Below the pieces are notes generated by a model. It was not told the DNA's origin, did no database searches, and worked only from the letters and a program-made list of their open reading frames with translations. A stretch of DNA of 59,399 nucleotides, counting the filler, from Sphacelaria rigidula (taxonomy: Eukaryota), in assembly GCA_964200075.2 (NCBI GenBank). It is 8 parts of 8 records of this genome, joined end to end, with 100 filler letters (N's around TTAATTAATTAA, not from the genome) between each part and the next. Parts side by side here need not be neighbours in the genome. Positions count along the whole stretch, not along the records: positions 29,752 to 37,088 come from CAXNAA020015371.1; positions 37,189 to 44,525 come from CAXNAA020015372.1; positions 44,626 to 51,962 come from CAXNAA020015373.1; 5 more parts are not named here. The stretch is one strand, 5' to 3'. Below are positions 36,060 through 47,900 of this stretch, piece by piece. The stretch's first letter is position 1. Every line of letters begins with the position of its first letter. The position numbers and the translations under genes are program-made.

Positions 36060-36830
36060 TTACTATCGTACTTCGCCTTCGAACGTGCCCGCACCTCCCA
36101 ACTTACGCAGGTCATTTTCTACAAACTACGGTGCTCCTTCCATAAAATGTCCCTAACGGCTCCCACGCCTTTTCATCCTGGCCAAGCCACTCCCACTCGT
36201 ATAAAGATCCGTCCCCTGCCTCGGCCTCAGTTGTACCAACGATAGCTGCTATCTCAAACTCTCCTTGTGCAAAAGCATGCTAGAACACCTCCTTCTGCCC
36301 CGCAGTAACCTCCAGCTCCTTGTCTGGGTAGACTCGAAGGCGGGCGACATGCACGTTCTGTACCTCGCCCGTCACATTACTGTGGACCCCGTGAACGTGT
36401 TGTCTCTCGGCCGTCACGGTCCGCCAACCCGTCTACGTGCGCACCAGCTTTGGCGTTGTTTCCGAATGCTCCACCCTCGCCGTCAGCACGTAGTCACCAA
36501 CCACAAAGTTTGAAAGCCACCCCTTCCTAGCCATGCGCCTCTGCAGCTCGCGATTTTTCTCAATACGCTGTGCGACCTTGTGTAGCTCTTGCTATGCCTC
36601 GACGATGTTGGCACCCTTCTGTCGCAACGCTTCTTCGTCAAGCACATCGACGCTCCAGTCGCCCCGGTTGACGATGCCAGGATGAAGAAAATAATGCGCG
36701 GTGCCCGGCCAACCATCACATGCTACGGCGTTTTCGCATCAGCTGCGGCTTGTGACGGCGTTGTTCATCAGCCGCTTCCACCGTCTTCCGCGCTCCCTCT
36801 GCTTCATGTGCCGTATCGTACACCAGCCCA
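36060..36830 (-). mobile_element. Ty3/Gypsy integrase C-terminus + chromodomain remnant
   Basis: Minus strand reads MMVGRAPR..LASSTG, then NFVVGDYVLTARV..TPKLVRT*TGWRTVTAERQHVHGVHSNVTGEVQNVHVARLRVYPDKELEV..EVF*HAFAQGEFEIAAIV..EWLG..AWEPL, with stops and frameshifts. Confidence 0.75.
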
Positions 36831-36860
36831 GGGCCCTAATTCCACCCCCCCCCCTTCACG

Positions 36861-37088
36861 GACCCCCAACAGGGTTGGCGTCAGTTGGCGATGACGCCAT
36901 AAAACACGCCACTCACTGCATAAGCTAGGCAACCAGGTTACCGTTTTCTTTTGCGCGCTTGCGTTTTTTTGCGGTCACCATGATGGGGGTAGAGCTAGAT
37001 CATGTTGTGCGGCGTGGGAGAACCTCTACTCCGTACAAGAAGGATGATCGTTCCACGTAGTGTTTAAATGGTGAGTCACCCATGAGGC
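36861..37088 (+). mobile_element. Copy of the 22378-22690 high-copy repeat at contig end
   Basis: Colinear similarity over ~220 bp. Confidence 0.88.
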
Positions 37089-37188
37089 NNNNNNNNNNNN
37101 NNNNNNNNNNNNNNNNNNNNNNNNNNNNNNNNTTAATTAATTAANNNNNNNNNNNNNNNNNNNNNNNNNNNNNNNNNNNNNNNNNNNN
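37089..37188. other. Artificial contig spacer
   Basis: Same linker. Confidence 0.99.
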
Positions 37189-38230
37189 TTCATTCGGGAA
37201 ACTGGGGAAGCTGTGGTGTGAGCAACTTTTAGCAGCTTTTTAGCTTGCCCAGCTCGTAGTAGTATCAAGGCTCGACCTTGCCCAGCTGCCAACGTTGCAC
37301 CTGTTTTTTTCACGGCGATGCGTTCGGGATTTCAGGAGCTACGGCAGTTTGTCTGTGTTGCCGGGGCAGACGAACTTGCTGCAGTTCTACTGACTGTACT
37401 TACTGTACTCCTTGTACTGTCTGTTTTGATCGTATTGCCGAAGCACCAAGACAGCTCTCACCACCTTTGAGTTGCTGCTGGTGAAATCGAAAAAATATGC
37501 CAGGCAACCCTTCAAGTAGTTGTGAGCACAAACTAAGGTACGCCACTAGCAGTGACAACACGAACGAACAGTCTACTGTGGTGTTCCAGCGCTTGTTGCG
37601 TGCGATGACAAGGAGCGTGCTGTCCGGGCAGCTAGGTACGTTTGTATACTGTGTTCTGCTGACGGGCAGGGCAGGGTCGGCCCGTTATAGGGCTGAGGCT
37701 AAGGAGTATGCTGTACGTTTTCTGTCGTACTCCAAATATTTCAACGAAAATGCTCGATAGGAAAAAATCCCTCCAAAATCGCTGACGCTTTGATGGCGGG
37801 CCCAGAGAAACGTGTTCTATCGTGTGACAGTATTATTAATTCGGATCCGATTTCTGTCGGCGTTCAGGCGTACAAGACTCGATTTTTCTCGTGAGGAAGA
37901 ATTACTGGAGCATAGCCAAAGCCGTATTTTTCGGATTAAAAGCAAAAAGAAGGGGAAAGCGTCTTTTTGCATGGGATTGCGATACAGATGTAACTGTCCC
38001 GCGGTCCTCTGCACTTGCCGGAAATTTCGCTGGTTCGTTTGTGGATTGTATCGTGAGGTTTTTCCATGCTCCCCACACGGTGCGCCTACTGTTCCTTGTT
38101 TCGTGCATCCGGTGCCTTGTGCCATCTGTTGGAAACGCCTTCTGTGAGCATAACATGACAAACCACTGCCAGAAATACAAAACAGTGGGCTTCTTCCCCG
38201 ACAAGATGGCTTGCCTGTCATTTTATTCGT

Positions 38231-40503
38231 GTGTGTGTGTGTGTCACGCCTCCTGCCTTCTCGACAAACATCAAACAGTCGACATACAAGTGCTCCTTTC
38301 GACTAAGGGCGCGCAGTGGCGGTATCACGGGGGAGGGCAGAGCGGAAGGCCGATCGACAAACAACAACGCCGACCTCAATAACAAGGAGTTGCCCATCAC
38401 GAGCAAAAAGGCCGCGGACGGCAACAGCGATAGCAACGAACACAAAAAGAAGCAACATCACCAGCACAGCCTGGCGAGGGAGAAACGACTGCTCACCGAC
38501 AAACTCAAGCGAACCCTCCGGCCAGAATCGTCGCTGTTCAGGACGAGCGCCCACCGGACAAACATCAAATCCCCACCTGCAACAGGACCTACGGCGGCGG
38601 CAGCAGTCTCCCCGTACGGCGAGGAACACACTACGAGTTCACCTCGCGCGGACTCGAGGAACCCACTGCTGTTCATAAACACCGGCCAGCGGTACAGGCT
38701 TAAGACGGTCGGGGGAGGAAAAGCGGCGAGTTTGCCGCGGGTCGGGAACGGTAAGCAAACGAAAAAAGCGCTACGCGACTCGACAACATCGCCGCCATCG
38801 CCCTTTGCGGCGGAAGAACGGCTCGTGGGCATGGAAAGCCGCGAGGGTGGTGACGTCGGCGCAGTGAAGTCGGCGGCATCGACGCCAGGTTCACAGGGGG
38901 ACGGTCGGGGGTTACGTTCAACAGTCGAAGGATCCGCGAGCAGGGTGTTGAGTGCGGAGGAGAAGCATGCGGGAGTGAATGGTGAAGTGATCGGGACGGG
39001 ACAGGTACCTCCGCCGGTAGAAGTGAGGCTTGTGTCGGGGGCGGGAGATCGGGACCTTGTGGAATCAAGGCGTGGGCGTCGGGAAGGGGACACGGGCTTT
39101 CGGATGCGCGAGTTCGTGCCGAGACGACGGGAAGCGAACGCGAGTCGTGGTGCTTTGCGAGGAAGTGAGGAGAGCACTGCACCGGAACCGAGCTCGGCTG
39201 ATGATGAGAGTATTGCTAACGGTACAGGTGTGGGTGACAAAAGCGGTAGTATTAGTCACGTCGGTAGCGGTGACGACGGGAGCATCAGCCAGGCCAAAGG
39301 TGAGGGCCGTCGCGCTTCTTCTCCTTCTTCTGCCGCTGCTGGTGCTGGTGCTGCTCCCGTCCCTGCTGCCACGACGACTATGATGTCTTCGGGCAAAGAT
39401 AAGACTGCCAAGCCAAGCAAGCCGAGAGTCGTGCCGAGTGACACGTCGGGCACTGCGTTCCGGGCGTACGAGTTTGTTCTTGCTAACGACGCCGCGGATG
39501 TCAAGTGGAAGAAAAGGAGCAGCACGACCACCACGCTTGAGCGCGTGATTAACGTGCTGAGTATCCCGCCCACGCCTCGGCCGCCTGGCAAAGAGCAAAG
39601 ACCCTCCGCGGCAAATGTTCGAACGCCGAGGCCCGCCGCCGTGTCGCGGGCCTCGCGCTCGATGGGCAAGTTCAGCCGCGAGATCTCCAGGTGGAGGAAG
39701 TCGAAGTGGATGGGCACCAGTGGCCCGTGGAGGATAGATCCTCCACTGCGCTGCGTGACGATCAACTGGTCCCCGCCCGGTGACGATGACGGTAAAACAT
39801 CGAGCAAGGTCGAGACCAACCCGCTGTCGTGCATCACGCTGAACACGGATATCTTCGGCAAGACGCTGTCCTCGCGCGCGGCGCACTTCACCCGGGCGGA
39901 CGCGGCGGCCTACCTGGAAGATTGGATCAGAGCCGCCTCTAAGCACAGGGTCGCGCCGCGAGAGCTGGAGGCCCTGATCCAGGACGACCGTAGGCGACAA
40001 GCAGACAGCCTAGGATATTCCGAGAGTAACATCGGGACGCTGACGGATTTGACGGAGCAGGGCCATGAAGGTGATGACGGTGGCTTCGGAGCGCGCGGCA
40101 CATCGGGTCCCCGTGCCGGTGAAGCCTCTGGTGGCGGTTCTGGTAGTATCGCGGGTACTGAAGGCGGCGGTTCCGCGGCGGTTCCCTGGGTAGACACCAG
40201 CCCTGGAGCGTTCTGGCGTACCTATGGATGGAGACGTTTTGATAAGGCTCCATTGGAGGAGAGCGCGGACGAAGAAGCCGAGGATGGTGGTGGGGTGGCG
40301 GCAGCGGAGGCAACGGGAGTGGAGGGTGAACAGGAAGAAGAACGTGACGATGACGATGATGTCAGCGACGACGAAGAGGCGGAAGAGTTAGAGATGGAAA
40401 ACATGGCAGAGGCGTTGGTGGGCGGTGGGGAAAATGACCAAGATGACTCGGCCAGCGATAACGACAATGATGGTCACACGGACGACAACAGCCTGAGGAA
40501 CAG

Positions 40504-40534
<31 letters not shown>

Positions 40535-40759
40535 TCCGCAAGCAGTTATGGCACCGACGTAGGCGAGGACGGCGATACCGCGGTAGGGGGTCTGGGGTGG
40601 CGCGTGCTGGAGCTAGTGGAGGAACGGCATGCGGGTAACATGTACCGTCCTAGAGTCATTGCCATCGGGGATGTGCACGGCTGCGTGGATGAGCTCAGGG
40701 ATCTCGTGAGAAAAGTGGATTTCTGGCCGGGGGACCTCTTGGTGTTTCTGGGCGATCTG
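38231..40759 (+). CDS. Calcineurin-like metallophosphoesterase (PPP/ApaH-like phosphatase) with very long low-complexity N-terminus; large exon, gene partial
   Basis: 2.5-kb GC-rich ORF ending RVIAIGDVHGCVDELRDLVRKVDFWPGDLLVFLGDL, i.e. the GDxHG motif and start of GDxV; donor GATCTG|GTGCGT at 40759/40760. True start uncertain; downstream exons not found in this contig. Confidence 0.85.
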
Positions 40760-41120
40760 GTGCGTGGTGGATTTTTATACATAGTGACTAACACTCTGAA
40801 TGTTATTGCAACTAGGACCTTCCATGTTCCAGCACATGTACCCACGGGCATTGCCCATCATGATATAGGGTCATGCCGCCGATGACGTGTTACTGAAGTG
40901 GCCGGCCTCGTGGCCTTTCCCTCTCCCACTCTGCCACCCTTTATCGCCATCCCCACGGATAACTTGGGAGCTGGACACCTTGTCCCTCACTGAAGGACCC
41001 CGACCTCGCTATCTGTTAACCTCGGGTCGGTGAGACCCTCCAGCAGAGTATTTTACAGACAACAGTTTGCGTCTACGATACAGGCTGGTTCACGCTTTCG
41101 TCCCAAAATTCACTGATCAG

Positions 41121-41509
41121 TAGAGCTCGGAAATGGTACCAGTTATAACTGGCCATTATCATTATAATGGTAATAATGGTGATGCTTACCTGAAAATTTT
41201 GGATAGTGGTTTCAAACCATTATCTACCGTTACCGGTTACGTATGCTACATTCAGCCTTTGAAAATTGGCCCACATTAAAAGGTATTTTTTGGCTCTCGT
41301 GAAGCCAAATTGTGTAAAAACGTGCCTCCCGCACGGCAGGGCCCTCCAGCGGTGCCTCCGGCGGGGCCCCCTCTACCGGGGGGGGCTTTTTGGCTCGCGG
41401 CTGCGCCGCTCGATGACCAAACCATTATGTACCATTTAACTGGTTAATGAGTGCGCTACGCGTAACCATTCAACTGGTCGATGGTTGGACAAACTATTTC
41501 CGAACTCTA
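41121..41509. mobile_element. 389-bp hAT-type MITE with 8-bp TSD
   Basis: TIR TAGAGCTCGGAAAT / ATTTCCGAACTCTA; flanks CTGATCAG (41113-41120) and CTAATCAG (41510-41517). Confidence 0.8.
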
Positions 41510-43891
41510 CTAATCAGCAAATGCCTTCCGCGATACCCACCCAGTTGTCGCATGCATGCTATCATACCAACCACCATGGAAATCTGAGGAGGGTAACACA
41601 GCCGGATTTTTGTTGAGGACCATAGTGGTGGCGGCTAAGGGCAAAAAAGAGTTCACAAAGTACCTCGACCAATTAGCGGCCTTGAAACTGTTCTGAAATT
41701 AAAAAGTGATTTCCTCGTATCTATTACATGTTACCTCCACATACTCCACACACTAATAGTCCCCATCTTTTACGGAACCTCACGTATGAAACGAATCTGA
41801 AAATAGCTTCCATGGGATCGATTTATACCCCACACGGTGGTGGTTCGGTGATGTGGGGGGTTGGCGTCGTCGAATTCCACTGATGACACGCAGCAAGGAC
41901 CCACATACAGCTCCCGACGATGTTCCTTATGTGTGTCACAGGAAAGCTCCGACCCCCCTCGAACTTGGCAGCTCGGTAGGTATTGATATTTGAAAGGGAA
42001 GAAATGGATTGTCGAAAATATTTCAAATTTTCTCCGCTCCTTACGGCTTCGGGGGGTCCCCACGTGAAGACCCCCCGGAAACCGGTACAGCATGCCGATA
42101 AAATATAAATGAATGGATTGTGCGTCCCGGAGTAGACCAAGAAACATTTCAACAAAGCGTGGTCGCGTAACTCAATCAGCTGATGCACTGGGGCCGTTCT
42201 AACGTCAACCGTACCCGAAACAATCGTTGCAACACTAAAACGAAATGAGGTTGTACCTTGCATGCCCACTTGATCGCGCAAAAGCCCAAATGTCCACGCC
42301 CATCCTTGGGGTTGGATAATGAAAAAACTGCACAGAGATACTATGGGGCATTTCGGGACTCCAACGAGTGGAGTTTCTCGTTGTATTTTTTTTTTCGCCG
42401 GATTTCGGGGGTCCAAGATTGACGTGTCAGGCCGGATGTTATGGCGAACAGATTTGTGGCCCACGGATTGTTCGCTTTGGGACGTTCGACCCACTGTTTG
42501 ACCCCCAAACAGGGAAAATCGCCAACACACGTCTCGGACACTTTGCATCACCCCACAGAGAGGAGCCTAGTCCACTTTTCAGATTCGCTCGGCTCCGAGG
42601 TTCCGAGATTGGTCGCTGAACAATAATCCGTATGCAATAAAATCTACGGCGATCTCCACAGATGATTGGCCAAACTGGCGGGGGTCGGCAGACACAGATT
42701 TTTGCACGGCGAGTGTGTCAGGTTGTCCGAAACACTTATCTACGAGTCCTTTTTCCCTGGAATCAAACACCCAACCTTTTGTAGCACGGCTCTGTACATG
42801 CTCTTCCGCGCTGTACGGGTAGCACCGCATTGGTGGGCGCGGAATACGAACGCAGAACAGCACGACGCGACTTTTACCTCTTCAACTCATGACACCGACC
42901 ACGTGGCATTCTGGACGGAAAATACCAAACCCTGAAAAGTTGGCCACCGTCCACATCTACCTGGTAAAAAAAAAAAATGGGGTTTGAGCGTGTAAGCAAT
43001 CCATCCGTTTCTCGCTCATCCCTGAGTTCTGGGATTTTTTTTCCCGAAACTCTCTAATATATCAATCAATCAATCGATGATGATCCGGATCAGTACACTA
43101 ATAAGTAACATTCAGGTTGCTCATGGGCTGTTCAACGCGTGCACGCTTGTCAATGACTCCAAAGAAAAAATTCAATCTATACTAGACCGGTCTGGCGGGA
43201 ATTGAACCCCTTTTTTTTCCACCTTAACCCTTTTGGGACCGAACCCCTACTAACCAGGGGTGTATCCCTTAGACTGCGAGCGATGGTCCATTCGTGATTC
43301 GGCATCATATTCAGTCGTTTTTCGAGTGAAAGGGATACCGATCCACGATGGGCTTTCGCGTTTAGTCGGGAATCTGATCCCAAAAGGCTCATGACAGTTG
43401 TACCGGGTCGTGGCGACATATTAGAGGTATCTGAAACTCGGCGTCCCCGTATCCTGGTATTGTATTTGACTCTTCCCATCCCACAACCGATTCAAGGATA
43501 TCGTCGGAAATCAGTAGAGTAATCTCAATCTGGGTTCCTGCATTTTTTCACTTGAAAAATGAGTGAGAGCCACACCATCCCATCGCGCAAGCTCTGAACC
43601 CACGACACGCACATCCCTCCTGCATCACATCGCCGCCACGGTCCGTTCATCAGTCATTTTCAAGCAAAAAGCAGTAGACCTAGAGCTTTGGTGGTATATC
43701 TAAGGTTGACAACATGCCTACTGGATTTTAGGCTTGAGAAAGTTCTGAAAAATTATGGTTTGGGGCGGGTGAGCGGTGGACCCAGCTTGTCTAGAACGTG
43801 ATTTGTCGAAATCGGCGCCTGCGGCGTCGATTTCAGGTCTACCAACGCACACTACGAGCTGGGCCAGCCTAGAGGCGGATTTGAAGTTTGC

Positions 43892-44165
43892 AGGCCCATG
43901 CTTTTTCATACATTTAGAGTTGGGCCCTGAAATGTGGTATGGACAGTGCATAGGGCATGAGAAAAAAAACTACTGAAGTACCAAAAGGGTGTTTTTTTTT
44001 TCATGAGTTAAGGGCAATAATCGGTTTTCAGGTATCACCAAAATGCCCTTGACTCATGAAAAAAAAAAACTTTTGGTACTTCAGTAATTTTTTTTCTTAT
44101 GCCCTATGCACTGTCCATACCAAATTTCAGGGCCCAACTCTAAATGTATAAAAGAGCATGGGCCT
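43892..44165. repeat. 274-bp foldback, ~125-bp arms
   Basis: AGGCCCATGC...CATTTAGAGTTGGGCCCTGAAAT.TGGTATGGACAGTGCATAGGGCAT...TACTGAAGTACCAAAAG...TTCATGAGT mirrored in reverse complement. Confidence 0.92.
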
Positions 44166-44525
44166 ATCAAAAACCGGGTCGGTAGAAATTCAGAACAGTA
44201 TTTCGCAGGCCGCTCACAAGCCCACGTTTGGTTTTCGTGTATTGAAATTTGGTGTGCTCTCTAAGGCATAATTGACAAAAAAAGTGGGTCAGGTTCATTT
44301 TTTTCCCCTGGTTTAGGGCGTTCTGGTATGGTCAGGACCAATTTTTCACGAGAACGTCCGAACCTCTATGAAAAAAAAATATATGAAGGCCCATTTTTTT
44401 TTTTGGCACACTTTTGTGGTTCCCTGTGCTAATTTTCAAATCACAATTCTAGAAATTGAGCTACAACAGTGCGATAAGGCCTAAGAGCAACGTTCATTTT
44501 TCCTCAAAACTCCACTAAAAACACG

Positions 44526-44625
44526 NNNNNNNNNNNNNNNNNNNNNNNNNNNNNNNNNNNNNNNNNNNNTTAATTAATTAANNNNNNNNNNNNNNNNNNN
44601 NNNNNNNNNNNNNNNNNNNNNNNNN
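44526..44625. other. Artificial contig spacer
   Basis: Same linker. Confidence 0.99.
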
Positions 44626-44967
44626 GAAGAAGGGGAAACAGGGCAGAACAAGAAAAAAAAAAACAGCGAACAAGAAACAAAAACAAAAACAGAAACAGAG
44701 AAAAAACTAAAAATAATAAGGAAAAGAGAACACAAAAGCTTCATTCAGTAACAGGCATACGCGGCAACGGTTCACGGCAGAACACCGACATACGCGGCTA
44801 CTGGGTACTGCCGAGGGAAACATGGGCAACCGGGCTACAAGGTGTAAAAGGAAACGAGACTACGAGAGGAAAAGGGGAACCAGGGGGAATTCTGAAAGAA
44901 AAGAAAAAAAACACGACGAGACCAGGGGGACTGCGATTGGTGCCAAGGAAAAACGCAGACAACCGAC

Positions 44968-47900
44968 TCACAACGGTACTTGAAGAAACGACACCAACGA
45001 CAAGACAAGGAAAAAAAAAAACAGGGAGCATTTCAAACAACACGAATAAAATCGGAAGGAACGCAATCCGCTATCAAGATTATTCCGTGTCCCACGCCGT
45101 GTCGGGGTTGCGCAAGACAGCTGTGTCGATGTCCCCTTTGTCGTGTCGTTGTAGGCACCAAGATCCTCGGCGAGCGTTCGGCATCGCGGTGTAGTAATCG
45201 TCGTGGAGACGGATCTTGAGAGGACCCGGTCATCGAGGAAGCGGATGTAGTAGGAATCGTTCGCCTCAGGATCTATCAAATGAATCTCCCCCAGCCACCA
45301 CTGCGAATCCATAGCCCTGTACCAAAAATATGCACCTTTCGGCAAACGTTTCTTCGAAAAAGAGCGCAGGTATTGCGAACGAGAAATGAGACGACAGCCC
45401 GAAATGACAAATCGTGCCGAGTGTTCTCGGGCCAGTTCACGAGCTGCTGCGCCTTTTCGCATAGACCTATATCGTTTGTTCAACGGGCGGTTTTGGACGA
45501 CATCTCCGACCCAATATATAAGCATCTCTCTTCGAAAATGACGCAAATCCCCCTCCCGTTCCCACGTAACACGCGTGAGGCCTTTCCAGTGAGTCTGATA
45601 CATAACCGCAGTTGTACCGCCTCGACCTCGAACTAATTGATGGCCCGAGATGCGATCTACCACTACACGTTCAAGAGGATCGTCAGCGTCTTCAACCGTC
45701 ATGTGGTACGGGGGGGATTTCGCCGCATACCTGGTTAGCACATACTGACTGAGCCCCATAGGCAAGTGCTTGGGCATCACTAGTGTCTTGAGGGGGCAGA
45801 CACGGCTTGCACCGAAGCATCGAGACCCGGTTTTTGGGTTTGACGCCAGGTTCATCCGTGGGAAAATCCAAACACAAAAGCTCCTCACCTACTGGTTTAT
45901 CGCCAGGTGCGGTATCACAGGGCCCAACTGCCAAAATCTTCCAAGGATCAGTCCAATTCAAGCAAAGGTTCGACTTCAGCACCTTATCCGACGACGACTT
46001 AGCAGAGCTTGCACCTTGGGTTACAGTTCTCACATCGTTATACACCCATGCCCAGTCACCTACTTTGTACACCGGACGGTTGTTCACTGCGTCATCCAAC
46101 ACGCGGTTTGCCTTAGCTACCTTTGCTGCGTTGATCAAATTCTGCTCCCGTACCACCTCATATGCAAGACGAAGACGATTACTAACAGACATATGATACT
46201 CCACGATGTCCCGATCCGAACTCTGATGACCACCAGGGGGTTTCCTGTCGAACACTGTCAATGGTAGCCTGGGCATACGACCAATATGAACTTCATTGGG
46301 AGCCAAGCCTGCGGCGGCATTGACGGAGTTGTTATAGTTCATTTGGACAAGGGGTAAGTGCAGGTCCCAGCCCGTTTGTCGCTCATTGGTCACTGTGGCA
46401 AGCATTTTCGCCATCGTGTGATTAACTCGCTCGGTCCCACCGTTTGTGGACGGATGGTATGGACTAGTCAAAATACGATGGGCACCCAGGAGATTACTGA
46501 TCGCGGCAGAAAGTTTGCCGGCAAAATGTGGGCCGTTATCGGATAACAAACGTTTGGGGACACCCCACGGAGGGATGTATGTGTACACAAGGACGTTGGC
46601 AGTCCCTTGTGCACTATAGTTGGCCTCCGAAACAGCATTCATCACAGCATGTCGACTGAACCGATCCGTAAACAACAAAATGCACTGGTGACCACTATCG
46701 GTGAGGGGCAGGGCGCCAAAGTAGTCCCATGAAACTATTTCACCAGGCCCATTGGGAAGGGGAATAGAGATTACCGGCTATCTAACTATTTGACGTGAAG
46801 GTTTGTGTGCTTGGCAAAGAAGACACCGCCGAACCCACCAACGCACACATTGGTCCGTAGAAATCCACCAAAAAACGTTGAAGCATCTGAGGTGTCCTAG
46901 CGACGCCCAGATGTGTGGATGCTTGCGAGTGGCATTCATGGAGAGCCCATGGACGCAGAAGCATCGGAACATGAATACGTACGGGGGCATCACCCAACAA
47001 ACGGGAGTGACTACTTGTAGATTTCCCTCCAGGAGAGTTCGTGGGGGGCCGGGGAACTAAAAGAACAACGCCATCATCATCCGTGTAAAGCATGCCTTTA
47101 CGCGATAATTCAGTAACTTCATCCTGTGTGGGGGCTCGGTGGGGCCCTACTGGCAAAAGGAACTCAGTTTCTGGAAAGGGGGAGGGGCATCCTTTGGATA
47201 GATAACGTATAACTACATTACAAGCAGGTTCAGCTTGCTGTTCCCGGGCCCAATCGGCGTGAGAAAAAAGGGTCAGTTCCTTTACTACACTGTCGGAGGG
47301 GTTGTCCAAAACGCAGGGGATCGAATCGGTGTGGGATGGACACGAGGCGTTATTTGGGTCAAGGGCAGAAGGGGTGGTCAGTGTATTCTCAAACGGAACG
47401 TTCACCTCTATTCCTACGTTATGGAGGGTGTCGGATGGTGTGGTGCCGGAGGTGGTACCATCATGGGGTGGGGAAGGCACAGTCGAGGTCTCGACTATGG
47501 TGGGCAGAGGTGGTTTGGAAGATGCCGATTTTCTGGGGGCTTTGCGCCGTGGAGGTAACGGGGGCGCAAGGAGGCTATCGGGGACTGGAATGGGGTTGGG
47601 CATGGGGAGGTCTGGGTCGGCTGCTGCCAGGGCGGCAGCCGTTTCCGCGGCCCGGCGTCCTCGGGTCCGGCTCGAGATGAGGTCTCGGACTTGAACCGGG
47701 AGGACGTAGTCAGTAGAAACCGGCTCTACAGTGCAAACCATCCGATGACCATACGCACGAAATTGATCATACCCGCCGGTAGTTGCACGAATTTCAATTC
47801 TAACTGAACACACCGATCGTGGGGCCAAACTGTCGAATACAAAAGCGTGAGCCGAAGGCGTCAGCTTATTTTGAAAAAATGCGGAGTTGTGGTTCAGTGA

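Noticed and set aside
9076..40759. Functional cluster of transporter, fucosyltransferase, PPR and phosphatase
   Set aside because: Each gene is on a different, artificially joined contig.
38303..40851. Multiple long minus-strand ORFs
   Set aside because: Antisense shadows of the GC-rich phosphatase exon.
40760..40885. C-terminal 41 aa of the 884-aa ORF
   Set aside because: Read-through into an intron after the GTGCGT donor; the GDLV motif should continue in a later exon.
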